From an uncultured delta proteobacterium (GTDB taxonomy: Bacteria; Myxococcota; Myxococcia; Myxococcales; Anaeromyxobacteraceae), in assembly GCA_963814585.1 (NCBI GenBank), contig CAWFDF010000004.1, positions 416,001 to 480,000 of the forward strand: a DNA stretch of 64,000 bases. The letters run 5' to 3'. Both the position numbers and the translations under genes were made by a program. The notes beneath the pieces were generated by a model. That model saw only the letters and a program-made list of their open reading frames with translations, was not told where the DNA came from and did not search any database. Below are positions 43,896 to 52,911 of the stretch, piece by piece (the stretch's first letter is position 1; each line of letters begins with the position of its first letter).

Positions 43896-45800
43896 GTGTC
43901 GCAGCTCGCCCCGCCCCCCGACTTCGATCCGGCCTCGCTGGTCGGTACGACCCTCGACGGCCAGTACCGGATCGACAGCCACCTCGCCTCCGGCGGGATG
44001 GGGGCGGTCTTCCGCGCCCACCACCTCTCGCTGCGCAAGGACGTGGCGCTCAAGGTGCTGCGGCCGGAGCTGACCACCTCGGTCGAGCTCCAGGAGCGCT
44101 TCCGGCGCGAGTCGGAGATCGCCGCTTCCCTGGAGCACCGCCACATCGTGCGAGTCACCGACTTCCGGCGCTCGCCCGAGGGGCTGCTCTACCTCGCCAT
44201 GGAGCTGCTCGACGGCGAGAGCCTCTTCGACCGGTTGCGCCGCGAGGGGTTCCTGCCGCCCGACGAGGCGGTCCAGATCCTCTGGCAGCTCTGCGACGGC
44301 CTGGAGGCCGCCCACGGCAAGGGCGTGGTCCACCGCGACCTCAAGCCGGAGAACGTCTTCCTGGCGCGCGGGCCCGGGGGCGAGGTGGTGAAGATCCTCG
44401 ACTTCGGCATCGCCAAGATGGCCGAGCCCGGCGAGGGCGCCGCCACGCAGACCGGCATGGTGGTGGGCACGCCGGAGTACCTCTCCCCGGAGCAGGCCAC
44501 CGGCTCGGCCGTCGACGCCCGCGCCGACCTCTACACGGTGGGGCTGATCGGCTGGCGGATGCTGGCCGGCCGCCATCCGTTCAAGGCCGCCGACGCGCGC
44601 GGCCTGCTGATGATGCAGGCGACCCGTCCGGTCCCGCCCCTGGCCGAGGTCCGCCCCGACTTCGCCGCCTACCCGCTGCTGGTGGCCGCCATCGCCCGGG
44701 CCTGCGAGAAGGACCCGGCGGCGCGCTACCAGTCCGCCGCGGAGTTCAAGGCCGACCTCGGCGCCGTGCTCGATCACGGCCTCGGCGTCCTCCCCATCGA
44801 CACCCCTCCCCCGGCGGTCAGCTACGCCTCGCTGTCGCCGGTCCATCCGTCGGTGCCGCCGGTGCCGGCGGGGGCGCTCACGCCCGGCTCCACCGTCCTG
44901 CTGGGCGCGCCGTATCCCCCGGAGGCCGGACCGGCCCCCAGGGCCGTCGACTCGTTGACCCGCCGCCTCGAGGTGCGCCTGCGCCGCCATCCTCGCGTCG
45001 CCGTCGGGCTCGGACTGCTGCTCCTGACGCTGGCCGGCGGCGGCGGACTGCTGGCGGTGAAGGCCCACCGGGACACGCTGGCCCGCCAGGAGGAGGAGCG
45101 GGTGCGGGTCCTGGCCCAGTCCGAGCGCGAGACGAGGCGGCAGGCGGCGGCCGCCGCCGAGCAGCGGGACGCCGAGCTGCGGCGGGTGATCGACGAGGCC
45201 GAGCGGGAGCTCCAGGCCGGCCACCCGGAGCGGGCCCGGGCGCTGCTGGTCCCGCTGCTCCAGGCCCGCGCCAACGAGCCGCTCCTCCACCAGCAGCTCG
45301 GACATGCCTGGCACGACGAGGGCGACCACGTCCACGCCTTCGACGAGTGGACGACGGCGCTGGCGCTGGCGCCGCTCGACCGGCCCACGCTCGACCACCT
45401 GGTGGAGGACCTCGGCCGGAGCAAGGCGGTGGCCGACCGCGCCGCCCACCTGCTGGTCCGGGCCGGCCCCGCCGCCGCCCCGGCGCTGGCCGCCGTCCCA
45501 CCACGCTCCTCCCCCTGGGTGAAGCTGCGGGCGCTGGGCGTGGCCCGGCAGATCGGCCCGGAGGCCGCCATCGACGTGGGGGCCGGCTACCTGGCGCTGC
45601 TCGGCGACTCCGACTGCGAGGTGCGCCGGGCCGCGTCGCGGGCCCTGGGCGAGCTGCGCGAGCGCCGGGCGCTGGGCCGCCTCCGCCAGCTGGGCGAGGC
45701 CCGCGACACCCGGCGGCTGGGCAGCATCATCATCGGCTCCAAGCCGTCCTGCGGCGCGCCCGAGGCCGCCGAGGCCGCCCGACGGATCGAAGCGCGCTGA
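43896..45800 (+). CDS. Hanks-type Ser/Thr kinase with TM segment and TPR/HEAT C-terminus
   Basis: GGMGAV, VALK, HRDLKPEN, DFG, GTPEYLSPE; hydrophobic helix; HEAT-like VRRAASRALG. Confidence 0.93.
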   Translation: MSQLAPPPDFDPASLVGTTLDGQYRIDSHLASGGMGAVFRAHHLSLRKDVALKVLRPELTTSVELQERFRRESEIAASLEHRHIVRVTDFRRSPEGLLYLAMELLDGESLFDRLRREGFLPPDEAVQILWQLCDGLEAAHGKGVVHRDLKPENVFLARGPGGEVVKILDFGIAKMAEPGEGAATQTGMVVGTPEYLSPEQATGSAVDARADLYTVGLIGWRMLAGRHPFKAADARGLLMMQATRPVPPLAEVRPDFAAYPLLVAAIARACEKDPAARYQSAAEFKADLGAVLDHGLGVLPIDTPPPAVSYASLSPVHPSVPPVPAGALTPGSTVLLGAPYPPEAGPAPRAVDSLTRRLEVRLRRHPRVAVGLGLLLLTLAGGGGLLAVKAHRDTLARQEEERVRVLAQSERETRRQAAAAAEQRDAELRRVIDEAERELQAGHPERARALLVPLLQARANEPLLHQQLGHAWHDEGDHVHAFDEWTTALALAPLDRPTLDHLVEDLGRSKAVADRAAHLLVRAGPAAAPALAAVPPRSSPWVKLRALGVARQIGPEAAIDVGAGYLALLGDSDCEVRRAASRALGELRERRALGRLRQLGEARDTRRLGSIIIGSKPSCGAPEAAEAARRIEAR

Positions 45801-45836
45801 GCGGCGCTGGGCGCCGCCTCTCCTCCAGGAGCACCC

Positions 45837-47381
45837 ATGGCGAAGCTGGACTCGATCGCGGTGAAGCTGTCCGGCGCGGCGCCGCTCGGCCTCCGGGCGG
45901 CGGTGCTGGCCCTGCCGGTCCACGAGGAGCAGGTGGCCGCCCCGGGTGGCCCGCTTCGCGACCTCGACGTGATGCTGGGGCACCAGCTCGTCCCCGCCAT
46001 CCGGGCCGAGCGCTTCGAGGGGAAGCCCGGCCAGCAGCTGCTCCTGCCGACGCTGGGCAGGCTGCGCGCCGAGCGGGTGCTGCTCCTCGGACTCGGCCCG
46101 CGGGGCAAGACCACCGGCGCCGCGGACGGCTTCGAGCCGTTGCGGATGGCCGCCGGCCAGGCGGCGCGGGCCGTCCACGGCGGCCGGCTGGTGCTGGCGC
46201 TCCCCGAGGGTCCGGCGCGCTCCACGGCGGCCGCGTCGCGCGCGGCGGTGGAGGGCGCGCTGCTCGGCGCCTACCGCTTCGAGGCCTACCGGACGGCGCC
46301 GCGGAAGGCGCCTCCGGGCCTGGCCGAGCTGGTCCTGGCCCTGCCGGCCGGGGCCACCCGCCGGCGCGAGGTGCTGGACGAGGTGGCGCTGGCGCGGCAC
46401 ATCGCCGTCGCCGTCGGCGAGGCGCGGGACCTCGTCAACCTCGGACCGGCCCAGTGCACCCCCCGCCTGCTGGCCGACGCCGCGGCCCGGACGGCGCGGC
46501 GGGCCGGGCTGGCCTGCCAGGTCCGTGGCGGGCGGGAGATCGCGGCGCTGAAGATGGGGCTCTTCCTCGGGGTCACGCGGGGCTCGGCCGAGCCGCCGCG
46601 GCTGGTGACCCTGGCGTGGCGCCCGCGGGGTCCGTCGGCGAGGTCCCGCCCGGTGGTGCTGGTGGGCAAGGCGGTGACCTTCGACTCGGGCGGGCTCTCG
46701 CTCAAGCCGACCGACTCGATGACCACCATGCACACCGACATGGCCGGCAGCGCCGCGGTGATCGCCGCCATGCGGGTGGTCGCCACGCTGCGCCCGCCCT
46801 TCCCGGTCGTCGGCGTCTTCGGCGCCTGCGAGAACATGCCGGGCGGGCGGGCCTTCAAGCCCTCCGACGTGCTGACCGCCTTCGGCGGCCAGACGGTCGA
46901 GATCACCAACACCGACGCCGAGGGACGGCTGGTGCTGGGCGACGTGCTGGCCTGGTCGGCGCGCACCTTCAGGCCCGCGGCGATGATCGACGTGGCCACC
47001 CTCACCGGCGCCTGCATGGTGGCGCTGGGTCCGACCACCGCCGGCGCCATGGGGCCCGACGGCGCGGTGGTCGAGGGCCTGGTGGCGGCGGCGAGGCGGG
47101 CGGGCGAGGACACCTGGCGGCTGCCGCTGGTGGAGCTCCTCAAGGAGCAGCTCAAGAGCGAGCGCGCCGACCTGAAGAACACCGGGGACCGGCTCGGCGG
47201 CGCCATCAGCGCCGCCCACTTCCTGCACCGCTTCGTGGGCGAGACGCCGTGGGCCCACCTCGACATCGCCGGCCCGTCCCACACGGCCAAGGAGCGCGGC
47301 TACCTGGCCGCGGGCGGCACCGGCTTCGCCGTCCGGACGCTGGTGGAGTTCGTCCGGGGCTGGCAGGGAGCGGCGCGGTGA
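45837..47381 (+). CDS. pepA: Leucyl aminopeptidase (M17)
   Basis: [35 protein letters not shown]. Confidence 0.93.
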   Translation: MAKLDSIAVKLSGAAPLGLRAAVLALPVHEEQVAAPGGPLRDLDVMLGHQLVPAIRAERFEGKPGQQLLLPTLGRLRAERVLLLGLGPRGKTTGAADGFEPLRMAAGQAARAVHGGRLVLALPEGPARSTAAASRAAVEGALLGAYRFEAYRTAPRKAPPGLAELVLALPAGATRRREVLDEVALARHIAVAVGEARDLVNLGPAQCTPRLLADAAARTARRAGLACQVRGGREIAALKMGLFLGVTRGSAEPPRLVTLAWRPRGPSARSRPVVLVGKAVTFDSGGLSLKPTDSMTTMHTDMAGSAAVIAAMRVVATLRPPFPVVGVFGACENMPGGRAFKPSDVLTAFGGQTVEITNTDAEGRLVLGDVLAWSARTFRPAAMIDVATLTGACMVALGPTTAGAMGPDGAVVEGLVAAARRAGEDTWRLPLVELLKEQLKSERADLKNTGDRLGGAISAAHFLHRFVGETPWAHLDIAGPSHTAKERGYLAAGGTGFAVRTLVEFVRGWQGAAR

Positions 47382-48484
47382 CGCCCGTGGAGGAGCTGGA
47401 GGCGCTGCTGCGCCCCGCCGGCGGCGGTATCCACCTGATCTCGACCGGGCGCGACGAGCAGGCGGCGCTGGTGCGGCGCCTGGCCGGGGCCCGCGACGAC
47501 GGCGAGGCCGGGACCCGCTGGCGCGCCGGGCTGGAGCGCGCCGCCAACGCCCGCGCCGTCCTGCTCGGCATCCCCTGCGACGTCGGGGCCGGCTACCGCC
47601 GCGGCGCCAACCTCGCCCCCTCGGCCATCCGGGCCCACCTGCTGGAGCAGGATCCCGGCTGGTTCCAGCGGGCCGGCGCCGCCGGGCTGGTCGACCTCGG
47701 CGACGTCTTCACCGTCCCGCAGCTGCTCCACGACGAGATGCTCTCGGAGGCGCAGCTGGCCGCCTCCCGCCGGGCGCTCTACCCCGGCCTGGCCGGGGCC
47801 GACGCCATGCCGGTCTCGCCGCTCTCCATCGCCGAGCGGGCCTTCCGGCTGGTGCTCCAGGCCAACCCGGGGGTCCGGCTGATCACGCTGGGCGGCGACC
47901 ACTCGGCGGCGTGGCCGGCGGTGGCGGCGCTGGCGGCGGTGCGGCCGGGGCTCGGCATGGTCCAGCTCGACGCCCACACCGACCTGCTGCCGGAGCGGCT
48001 CGGGGTCCGGCTCTGCTTCGGCACCTGGTCCTTCCACGCCAACCAGCTGCTGGGGCGGGGCGGACGGCTGGTGCAGGTGGGGCTGCGCGCCAGCCGGCAC
48101 GACCGCGACCACTGGGAGTCGCTGCTGGAGGTGCGGCAGATCTGGGCGGCCGAGGTGCGGCGCGATCCGGCCGCGGCGGTGGAGCGGGTGGTGGCGCTCT
48201 GCCGCGCCGCGGGGGCCGGCTCGGTCTACCTCTCCAACGACGTCGACGGCCTCGATCCGTCGTTCGCTCCCGGCACCGGGACGCCCGAGCCGGACGGCCT
48301 CTCGCTGGAATTCGTGCTGGCCCTGATCGCACGGCTCGGCCGCGAGTTCGAGCTCGCCGGCGGCGACGTGATGGAGGTGGCCCCCGACCTGGCGCCGACG
48401 CCGGAGGGCCGCCGGCGCACCCTCGACACCGCGGTGCGGTGCCTGAGCCACACCGTCGCGGCCGCGCTGGGAACGTCCCGGTAG
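47378..48484 (+). CDS. Arginase/agmatinase family ureohydrolase
   Basis: GGDHS, DAHTD, DVDGLDP, PGTGTP; GTGA overlap. Confidence 0.88.
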   Translation: MTPVEELEALLRPAGGGIHLISTGRDEQAALVRRLAGARDDGEAGTRWRAGLERAANARAVLLGIPCDVGAGYRRGANLAPSAIRAHLLEQDPGWFQRAGAAGLVDLGDVFTVPQLLHDEMLSEAQLAASRRALYPGLAGADAMPVSPLSIAERAFRLVLQANPGVRLITLGGDHSAAWPAVAALAAVRPGLGMVQLDAHTDLLPERLGVRLCFGTWSFHANQLLGRGGRLVQVGLRASRHDRDHWESLLEVRQIWAAEVRRDPAAAVERVVALCRAAGAGSVYLSNDVDGLDPSFAPGTGTPEPDGLSLEFVLALIARLGREFELAGGDVMEVAPDLAPTPEGRRRTLDTAVRCLSHTVAAALGTSR

Positions 48485-48507
48485 GCGTGGCCGCACCGGC
48501 CGCCTGG

Positions 48508-48541
48508 AAACACGAAACCCCGGAGCCGTGAGGCCCCGGGG
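48508..48541 (-). terminator. Intrinsic terminator of the small membrane protein gene
   Basis: Minus strand CCCCGGGGCC-TCAC-GGCTCCGGGG followed by TTTCGTGTTT. Confidence 0.65.
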
Positions 48542-48574
48542 CTGGGTGAGCCGATCTCGGCTGGACTCGGGGCG

Positions 48575-48898
48575 CTAGGCGTGGTCGGCGGCGGACGTCT
48601 TGGCCGGGGCCACCTGGCCGGTCAGCGCGCCGACGGCCACGCCGGCGACGGCGCCGAGGACGGCGAAGAGCGAGGCGATGCCGGTGACGCCGAGCACCAT
48701 GCCGAAGATGATGAGCCCCTTCACCAGGAAGGTGGGCTGGACGGGCGTGCCGACGATGCCGCCGGCCAGCAGCAGGCCCGCGTAGCCGCCGTAGAGGATG
48801 GCGGGGAGCAGGGCGATGGCGAGGAAGAGGGCGAGGCCGATGCCGGCGCCGACCAGGGCGAAGATCTTGTTCTGGGCCTTCGGAGTGTTGACGGTCAT
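48575..48898 (-). CDS. Small Gly/Ala-rich membrane protein (107 aa)
   Basis: MTVNTPKAQNKIFALVGAGIG...; SD GGAG, strong codon bias, own promoter and terminator. Confidence 0.8.
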   Translation of the reverse strand: MTVNTPKAQNKIFALVGAGIGLALFLAIALLPAILYGGYAGLLLAGGIVGTPVQPTFLVKGLIIFGMVLGVTGIASLFAVLGAVAGVAVGALTGQVAPAKTSAADHA

Positions 48899-48955
48899 GG
48901 TGTGTCTCCAGTTCGAGTTTGGCGCCGTTGATTCGGCCACCCGGGGATTCCTCTT

Positions 48956-48971
48956 TGCAGCGCCCTTGCCA
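48956..48971 (-). promoter_or_regulatory. Sigma54 promoter
   Basis: TGGCAAGGGCGCTGCA on minus strand = GG-N10-GC, 58 nt before ATG 48898. Confidence 0.65.
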
Positions 48972-49078
48972 ACCAGCGCCCGTCCTGATTCCGGAGGGTT
49001 GGGCGCCCCGCCGTCGGGGATTCCCGACGCCGGGCCGGGTTGGCCCGACGGGCGGCTCCCTGCTACCCTCCCGGGCCC

Positions 49079-50125
49079 GTGGACGCCTTCAAGCCGCACC
49101 TCGCCGACCTCGCCGACTACCCGTATGCCAAGGTCGACGCGCGCATCAAGCTCGACCAGAACGAGAGCCCCGAGGACCTGCCGCCCGGGCTGAAGGGGCT
49201 GGTGCTGGCGCGCCTGGCCGCGCTCCCCTGGAACCGCTACCCCGAGCTGCACGCCGAGGACGTGCGGTCCGCGCTGGCCCGGCACGAGGACTGGCCCGAG
49301 GCGGGCGTGGTCCTCTCGCCGGGCTCCAACCTCCTCATCCTGGCGCTGGCCGAGGCCGCCCGCCAGGTGCTCGACACCTCGCCGGCCTTTCCCTACTACC
49401 GGGGGGCGGCGGTGGCCGCCGGCACCCCGTACCGCGCCGTCCCGCTCGGCCCCGGCTTCACCCTGCCGAGGGAGGCCCTGCTGGCCGCCCTCGACGGCCC
49501 GCCCGGGGTCCTCTTCCTCCCGGTGCCGCACGCCCCCACCGGCGCCCTGTTCGCGCCCGACGACGTGGCGGCGCTGGCCGACCGGGCCCGGGCCACGGGC
49601 TGGCTGCTGGTGATCGACGAGGCCTACCACGCCTTCGCCGGCACCGACGCCCGGCCGCTGGCGCGCCGGAACCCCAGCGTCGCCGTCCTGCGCACCTTCT
49701 CCAAGGCCTGGTCGCTGGGCGGCGTCCGCACCGGCTACCTGCTGGGCTCGCCGCGGGTGGCCTCGGTGGTGCGGGCGCTGCTGCCCCCCTTCTGCATCCC
49801 GGCCCACACCGGCGTGATCATCCGGACCGTGCTGGAGCAGCCCGGCTACGTGGCCGCGCTGGTGGAGCGGATCCGCGCCGAGCGCACCCGGCTGGCCGCC
49901 GGGCTGGCCGCGGCGAAGCCGGGCTGGAGCGTCTACCCGTCGGCCGCCAACTACCTGCTGGTGCGGACCCCCGACGCCGCCGCCGCCTTCGAGCACCTGC
50001 GCTCGCGCGGCCTGCTGGTGCGGCGCCAGGACCACTACCCCGGGCTGGAGGGGTGCATCCGGATCTCGGTGGGCACCGCCGCCGAGAATGACGAGCTGCT
50101 GGCGGCGGCGCGCGAGGCGCCTTGA
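49079..50125 (+). CDS. hisC: Histidinol-phosphate aminotransferase-like PLP enzyme
   Basis: KLDQNESP, NRYP, IDEAY, RTFSKAWSLGGVRTGY, RISVGT. Confidence 0.8.
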   Translation: MDAFKPHLADLADYPYAKVDARIKLDQNESPEDLPPGLKGLVLARLAALPWNRYPELHAEDVRSALARHEDWPEAGVVLSPGSNLLILALAEAARQVLDTSPAFPYYRGAAVAAGTPYRAVPLGPGFTLPREALLAALDGPPGVLFLPVPHAPTGALFAPDDVAALADRARATGWLLVIDEAYHAFAGTDARPLARRNPSVAVLRTFSKAWSLGGVRTGYLLGSPRVASVVRALLPPFCIPAHTGVIIRTVLEQPGYVAALVERIRAERTRLAAGLAAAKPGWSVYPSAANYLLVRTPDAAAAFEHLRSRGLLVRRQDHYPGLEGCIRISVGTAAENDELLAAAREAP

Positions 50126-50159
50126 GCGCCCCCCTCGACCGGCCCGGCCGGGGGGCGCC

Positions 50160-50798
50160 ATGACCGCCGCGCCGGCTCCCGGAGGCGCCCCACCGGTCCT
50201 GGGGGCGGTCCCACATACCTGGTTCGAGGACGCGCAGGCGATCTTCACCGCCTCGCTCTTCATCTCGCTCGGCTTCGGGCTGCTGTCGCAGGCCCGCCTG
50301 CTCTCGGGAGGCATCGCCGGGCTGGCGCTCCTGCTGACGCGCCTCACGCCACTCACCTTCGGACAGCTCCTGGTGGCCCTCAACTTGCCCTTCTTCTGGC
50401 TGGCCGTCCGCCAGATGGGCTGGGCCTTCACCGCCAAGACCTTCGCCGCCATCGGCGCGGTCTCGCTCTGCGCCGACCTGCTCCACCTGGTGATGGCCTT
50501 CGACCGGCTCCACCCCGTCTACGCCGCGGTGATGGGCGGCTCCTGCATCGGCATCGGCCTGCTCATCCTCTTCCGCCACCAGGCCAGCCTGGGCGGCCTC
50601 AACGTGCTGGCCATCTGGCTCCAGGAGCGGCGAGGCGTCCGTGCCGGCGTCTTCCAGCTGGCGGTCGACACGCTGGTGCTGGTGGCCTCGATCTTCGTGG
50701 TCCCGCCCGCCACCATCCTGGTCTCGGTGGTCGGCTCGGTGGCGCTCAACCTGGTGCTGGCGGTCAACCACCGCCCGGACCGTTACCTCGGCACCTGA
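50160..50798 (+). CDS. YitT family membrane protein
   Basis: LLSGGIAGLAL, NLPFF, RHQASLGG, NHRPDRY. Confidence 0.85.
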   Translation: MTAAPAPGGAPPVLGAVPHTWFEDAQAIFTASLFISLGFGLLSQARLLSGGIAGLALLLTRLTPLTFGQLLVALNLPFFWLAVRQMGWAFTAKTFAAIGAVSLCADLLHLVMAFDRLHPVYAAVMGGSCIGIGLLILFRHQASLGGLNVLAIWLQERRGVRAGVFQLAVDTLVLVASIFVVPPATILVSVVGSVALNLVLAVNHRPDRYLGT

Positions 50799-50814
50799 GC
50801 GGCGGCCGCGACGG

Positions 50815-51534
50815 TCAGGGCCTGGGCGGCGGGGCCTCCTTCGCCTCCTCCTTCCCCTTCACCTGGATGATCTGCACCTCGCGCTTCCCGTCGCGATCGG
50901 TGACCTGGACGTCCACCGTGGCCCCGGGGTCCTTCTGGCGCAGCTCCGCCTCGATGGCCTTCTTCAGCTCGTCGGGCGGCAGCTGCTTCTCCAGGCCGGC
51001 CCATTTCCCGGCCAGGTCGCCCACCGTGCCCGGCACCTTCCGCTCCACCGCCGAGACCTTGATGGGCCGCCCGGCCAGGGCCGGCACCGCCTTGCGGACG
51101 GTGGCCTCGACGTCGGCCAGCCCGACCGTGTCGCCGAAGAGCTCGATGGTGGTGGTGACCTGCTTCTCCCCGGTCTTCCGCACCTCCACCCGCACCTGGT
51201 ACTCGCGCCCGCCGGTCTCCAGCGCCTTGACGATGGCCTGCTCCTGGTCGCGCGGCAGCGGGGCCTCGCCGACCAGCTCGATGCGCCTCCCGATCTCGGC
51301 CTTCACCTCGGCCGGCGCCTGGCTGGCGCCGGCCAGCGCCAGCAGGAGCCCACCCACCACCGCCACGCGCCACGTCATCGCCGTCATCATGGACTTCTCC
51401 TCCTGGGACTTCGGGTGAAGCTCCCCGTAGCGGGCGAGCAGGTCCTGCTCCAGCCGATCGCGATGGTCCGGCCCGGGCTTCGCCCCGGATCGGTGCAGCA
51501 GTCGAGTCAGCGCCATCGCCAGCCTCCTCGTCAT
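50815..51534 (-). CDS. Putative anti-sigma factor / exported protein (alternative start 51390)
   Basis: ATGA-coupled to ECF sigma; ~55-aa N-terminus, one hydrophobic helix, soluble C-terminal domain. Confidence 0.6.
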   Translation of the reverse strand: MTRRLAMALTRLLHRSGAKPGPDHRDRLEQDLLARYGELHPKSQEEKSMMTAMTWRVAVVGGLLLALAGASQAPAEVKAEIGRRIELVGEAPLPRDQEQAIVKALETGGREYQVRVEVRKTGEKQVTTTIELFGDTVGLADVEATVRKAVPALAGRPIKVSAVERKVPGTVGDLAGKWAGLEKQLPPDELKKAIEAELRQKDPGATVDVQVTDRDGKREVQIIQVKGKEEAKEAPPPRP

Positions 51535-52124
51535 GGGACCACCTCCTCGGTCCGGCCGGTGCCACCGCCCAGCGCACCGCGGAGGGCCCGGAGCAGCCGG
51601 CTCAGCCGCTGCTTCACGGCCGCCTCGCTGACCCCGGTGAGCTCCGCGATCTGGGCGTGACGGAGGCCGTCGCCGAAGCGGAGGTCGAGGAGCTGGCGAG
51701 ACTCCGACGGCAGTGCCGCCACCGCCAGCCGCAGCGCCCCGTGGGCATCGCGCTCCTCGAGCAGCTCGTGCGCGGTCGGCCGGGGATCGACGGCCTCGGG
51801 GAGCCCGGCAGGGTCCTGCCCGTCGACGGCGGCCCGTCCGGAGCGGTGCTGGTCGTCCACGAGGTGGCGCGCCGTGGTCAGCGCATAGCCGAGCAAGCTG
51901 CCCCGGGCCGGATCGAGCCGCGGCAGGGCCTCGAGCAGCCGGTGGAAGGTCTGGGCCACCACGTCCTCGGCATCGGCGCGGGAGCCGGCGCGACGACCGA
52001 CGAAGCGGGCCACCGCCGGGTAGAGATCCCGGTAGAGGGACACGAACGCGGCCTGGTCCCCGCCGGCCGCCCGGCGGGCCAGCCGGGCGTGGAAGCGGTT
52101 GGTGGTCTCCCAGGGGGCCCTCAT
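51531..52124 (-). CDS. ECF RNA polymerase sigma factor
   Basis: AAGGDQAAF, DAEDVVAQTF (region 2), LRFGDGLRHAQIAELTGVSEAAVKQRLSR (region 4). Confidence 0.9.
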   Translation of the reverse strand: MRAPWETTNRFHARLARRAAGGDQAAFVSLYRDLYPAVARFVGRRAGSRADAEDVVAQTFHRLLEALPRLDPARGSLLGYALTTARHLVDDQHRSGRAAVDGQDPAGLPEAVDPRPTAHELLEERDAHGALRLAVAALPSESRQLLDLRFGDGLRHAQIAELTGVSEAAVKQRLSRLLRALRGALGGGTGRTEEVVP

Positions 52125-52135
52125 CACCCCTCCTC

Positions 52136-52161
52136 TACGCCGATCCTTGGGATTGGTGACA
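52136..52161 (-). promoter_or_regulatory. Candidate ECF autoregulatory promoter
   Basis: TGTCAC-N16-CGTA immediately upstream of the sigma gene. Confidence 0.5.
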
Positions 52162-52282
52162 GCCCGGGTCAGCTGGGTCAGCTGGCCAGGAGGCGCCACG
52201 CCGCCAGGGCGGGGGTGCCGCGAGGGGGGCCGGCCACGGGAGGCCGCTTCTTCCAGGGGCGGTGGCAGCGTAGACTCGTGCC

Positions 52283-52888
52283 GTGCGCCGCCTGCTCTCG
52301 CTCCTGGTGGTCGGCCTCGGCCTCGGCCTCGGGCTGGTCATCGCCTGGCGGCTGCTCTCGCCGAGCCCACCGGCCCCGCCCGATCCTCCCGCCGTGGTGG
52401 AGAGGCTGCGCCAGGTGGCCCGGCTGGAGGCGCTGGAGATCCGGCTCTACAAGAAGGTCACCTTCGAGCCGGAGCCCGTCGCGGGCGACTCGATCTGGGC
52501 CGACCTGGCCGGATGGGCCCGCCACGCCCTGGCCCGGCCACGCGGCAAGGCGATCGTCTTCGCCATCGCCCACGTGGGGCTCGACGTCTCCAGGCTCGGC
52601 CCGGGCCAGGTGGAGATCCGGGGCCGCGAGGTGTCGGTGGTGCTTCCGCCGCTGGTCACCCGCGTCGAGCTGCTCCCCGGCGAGACCGAGGTGATCGGCT
52701 CCAACCTCGACTCCGCCGAGACCGCCAGGCTGCTGGAGCTGGCCAAGGTCGCCTTCGAGCGCGAGGTGCAGGCCGACCGGGGGCTCCAGGGCAGGGCCCG
52801 CGCCGCCGCGGAGCAGGCGCTCACCGCCCTGCTCCTGCAGGTGGGCGTGACGCGGGTCGACTTCGTGGAGCAGCTGCCGCGCGGGTAG
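52283..52888 (+). CDS. DUF4230 domain protein
   Basis: N-terminal TM, VVERLRQVARLE, AHVGLDVSRL, VVLPP, RAAAEQAL. Confidence 0.75.
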   Translation: MRRLLSLLVVGLGLGLGLVIAWRLLSPSPPAPPDPPAVVERLRQVARLEALEIRLYKKVTFEPEPVAGDSIWADLAGWARHALARPRGKAIVFAIAHVGLDVSRLGPGQVEIRGREVSVVLPPLVTRVELLPGETEVIGSNLDSAETARLLELAKVAFEREVQADRGLQGRARAAAEQALTALLLQVGVTRVDFVEQLPRG

Positions 52889-52911
52889 CGCGGCCGCAGG
52901 GGGCGTTGGCC

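Noticed and set aside
49079..50125. Histidine biosynthesis operon
   Set aside because: Solitary hisC-like gene; no other his genes nearby, so the substrate is uncertain.
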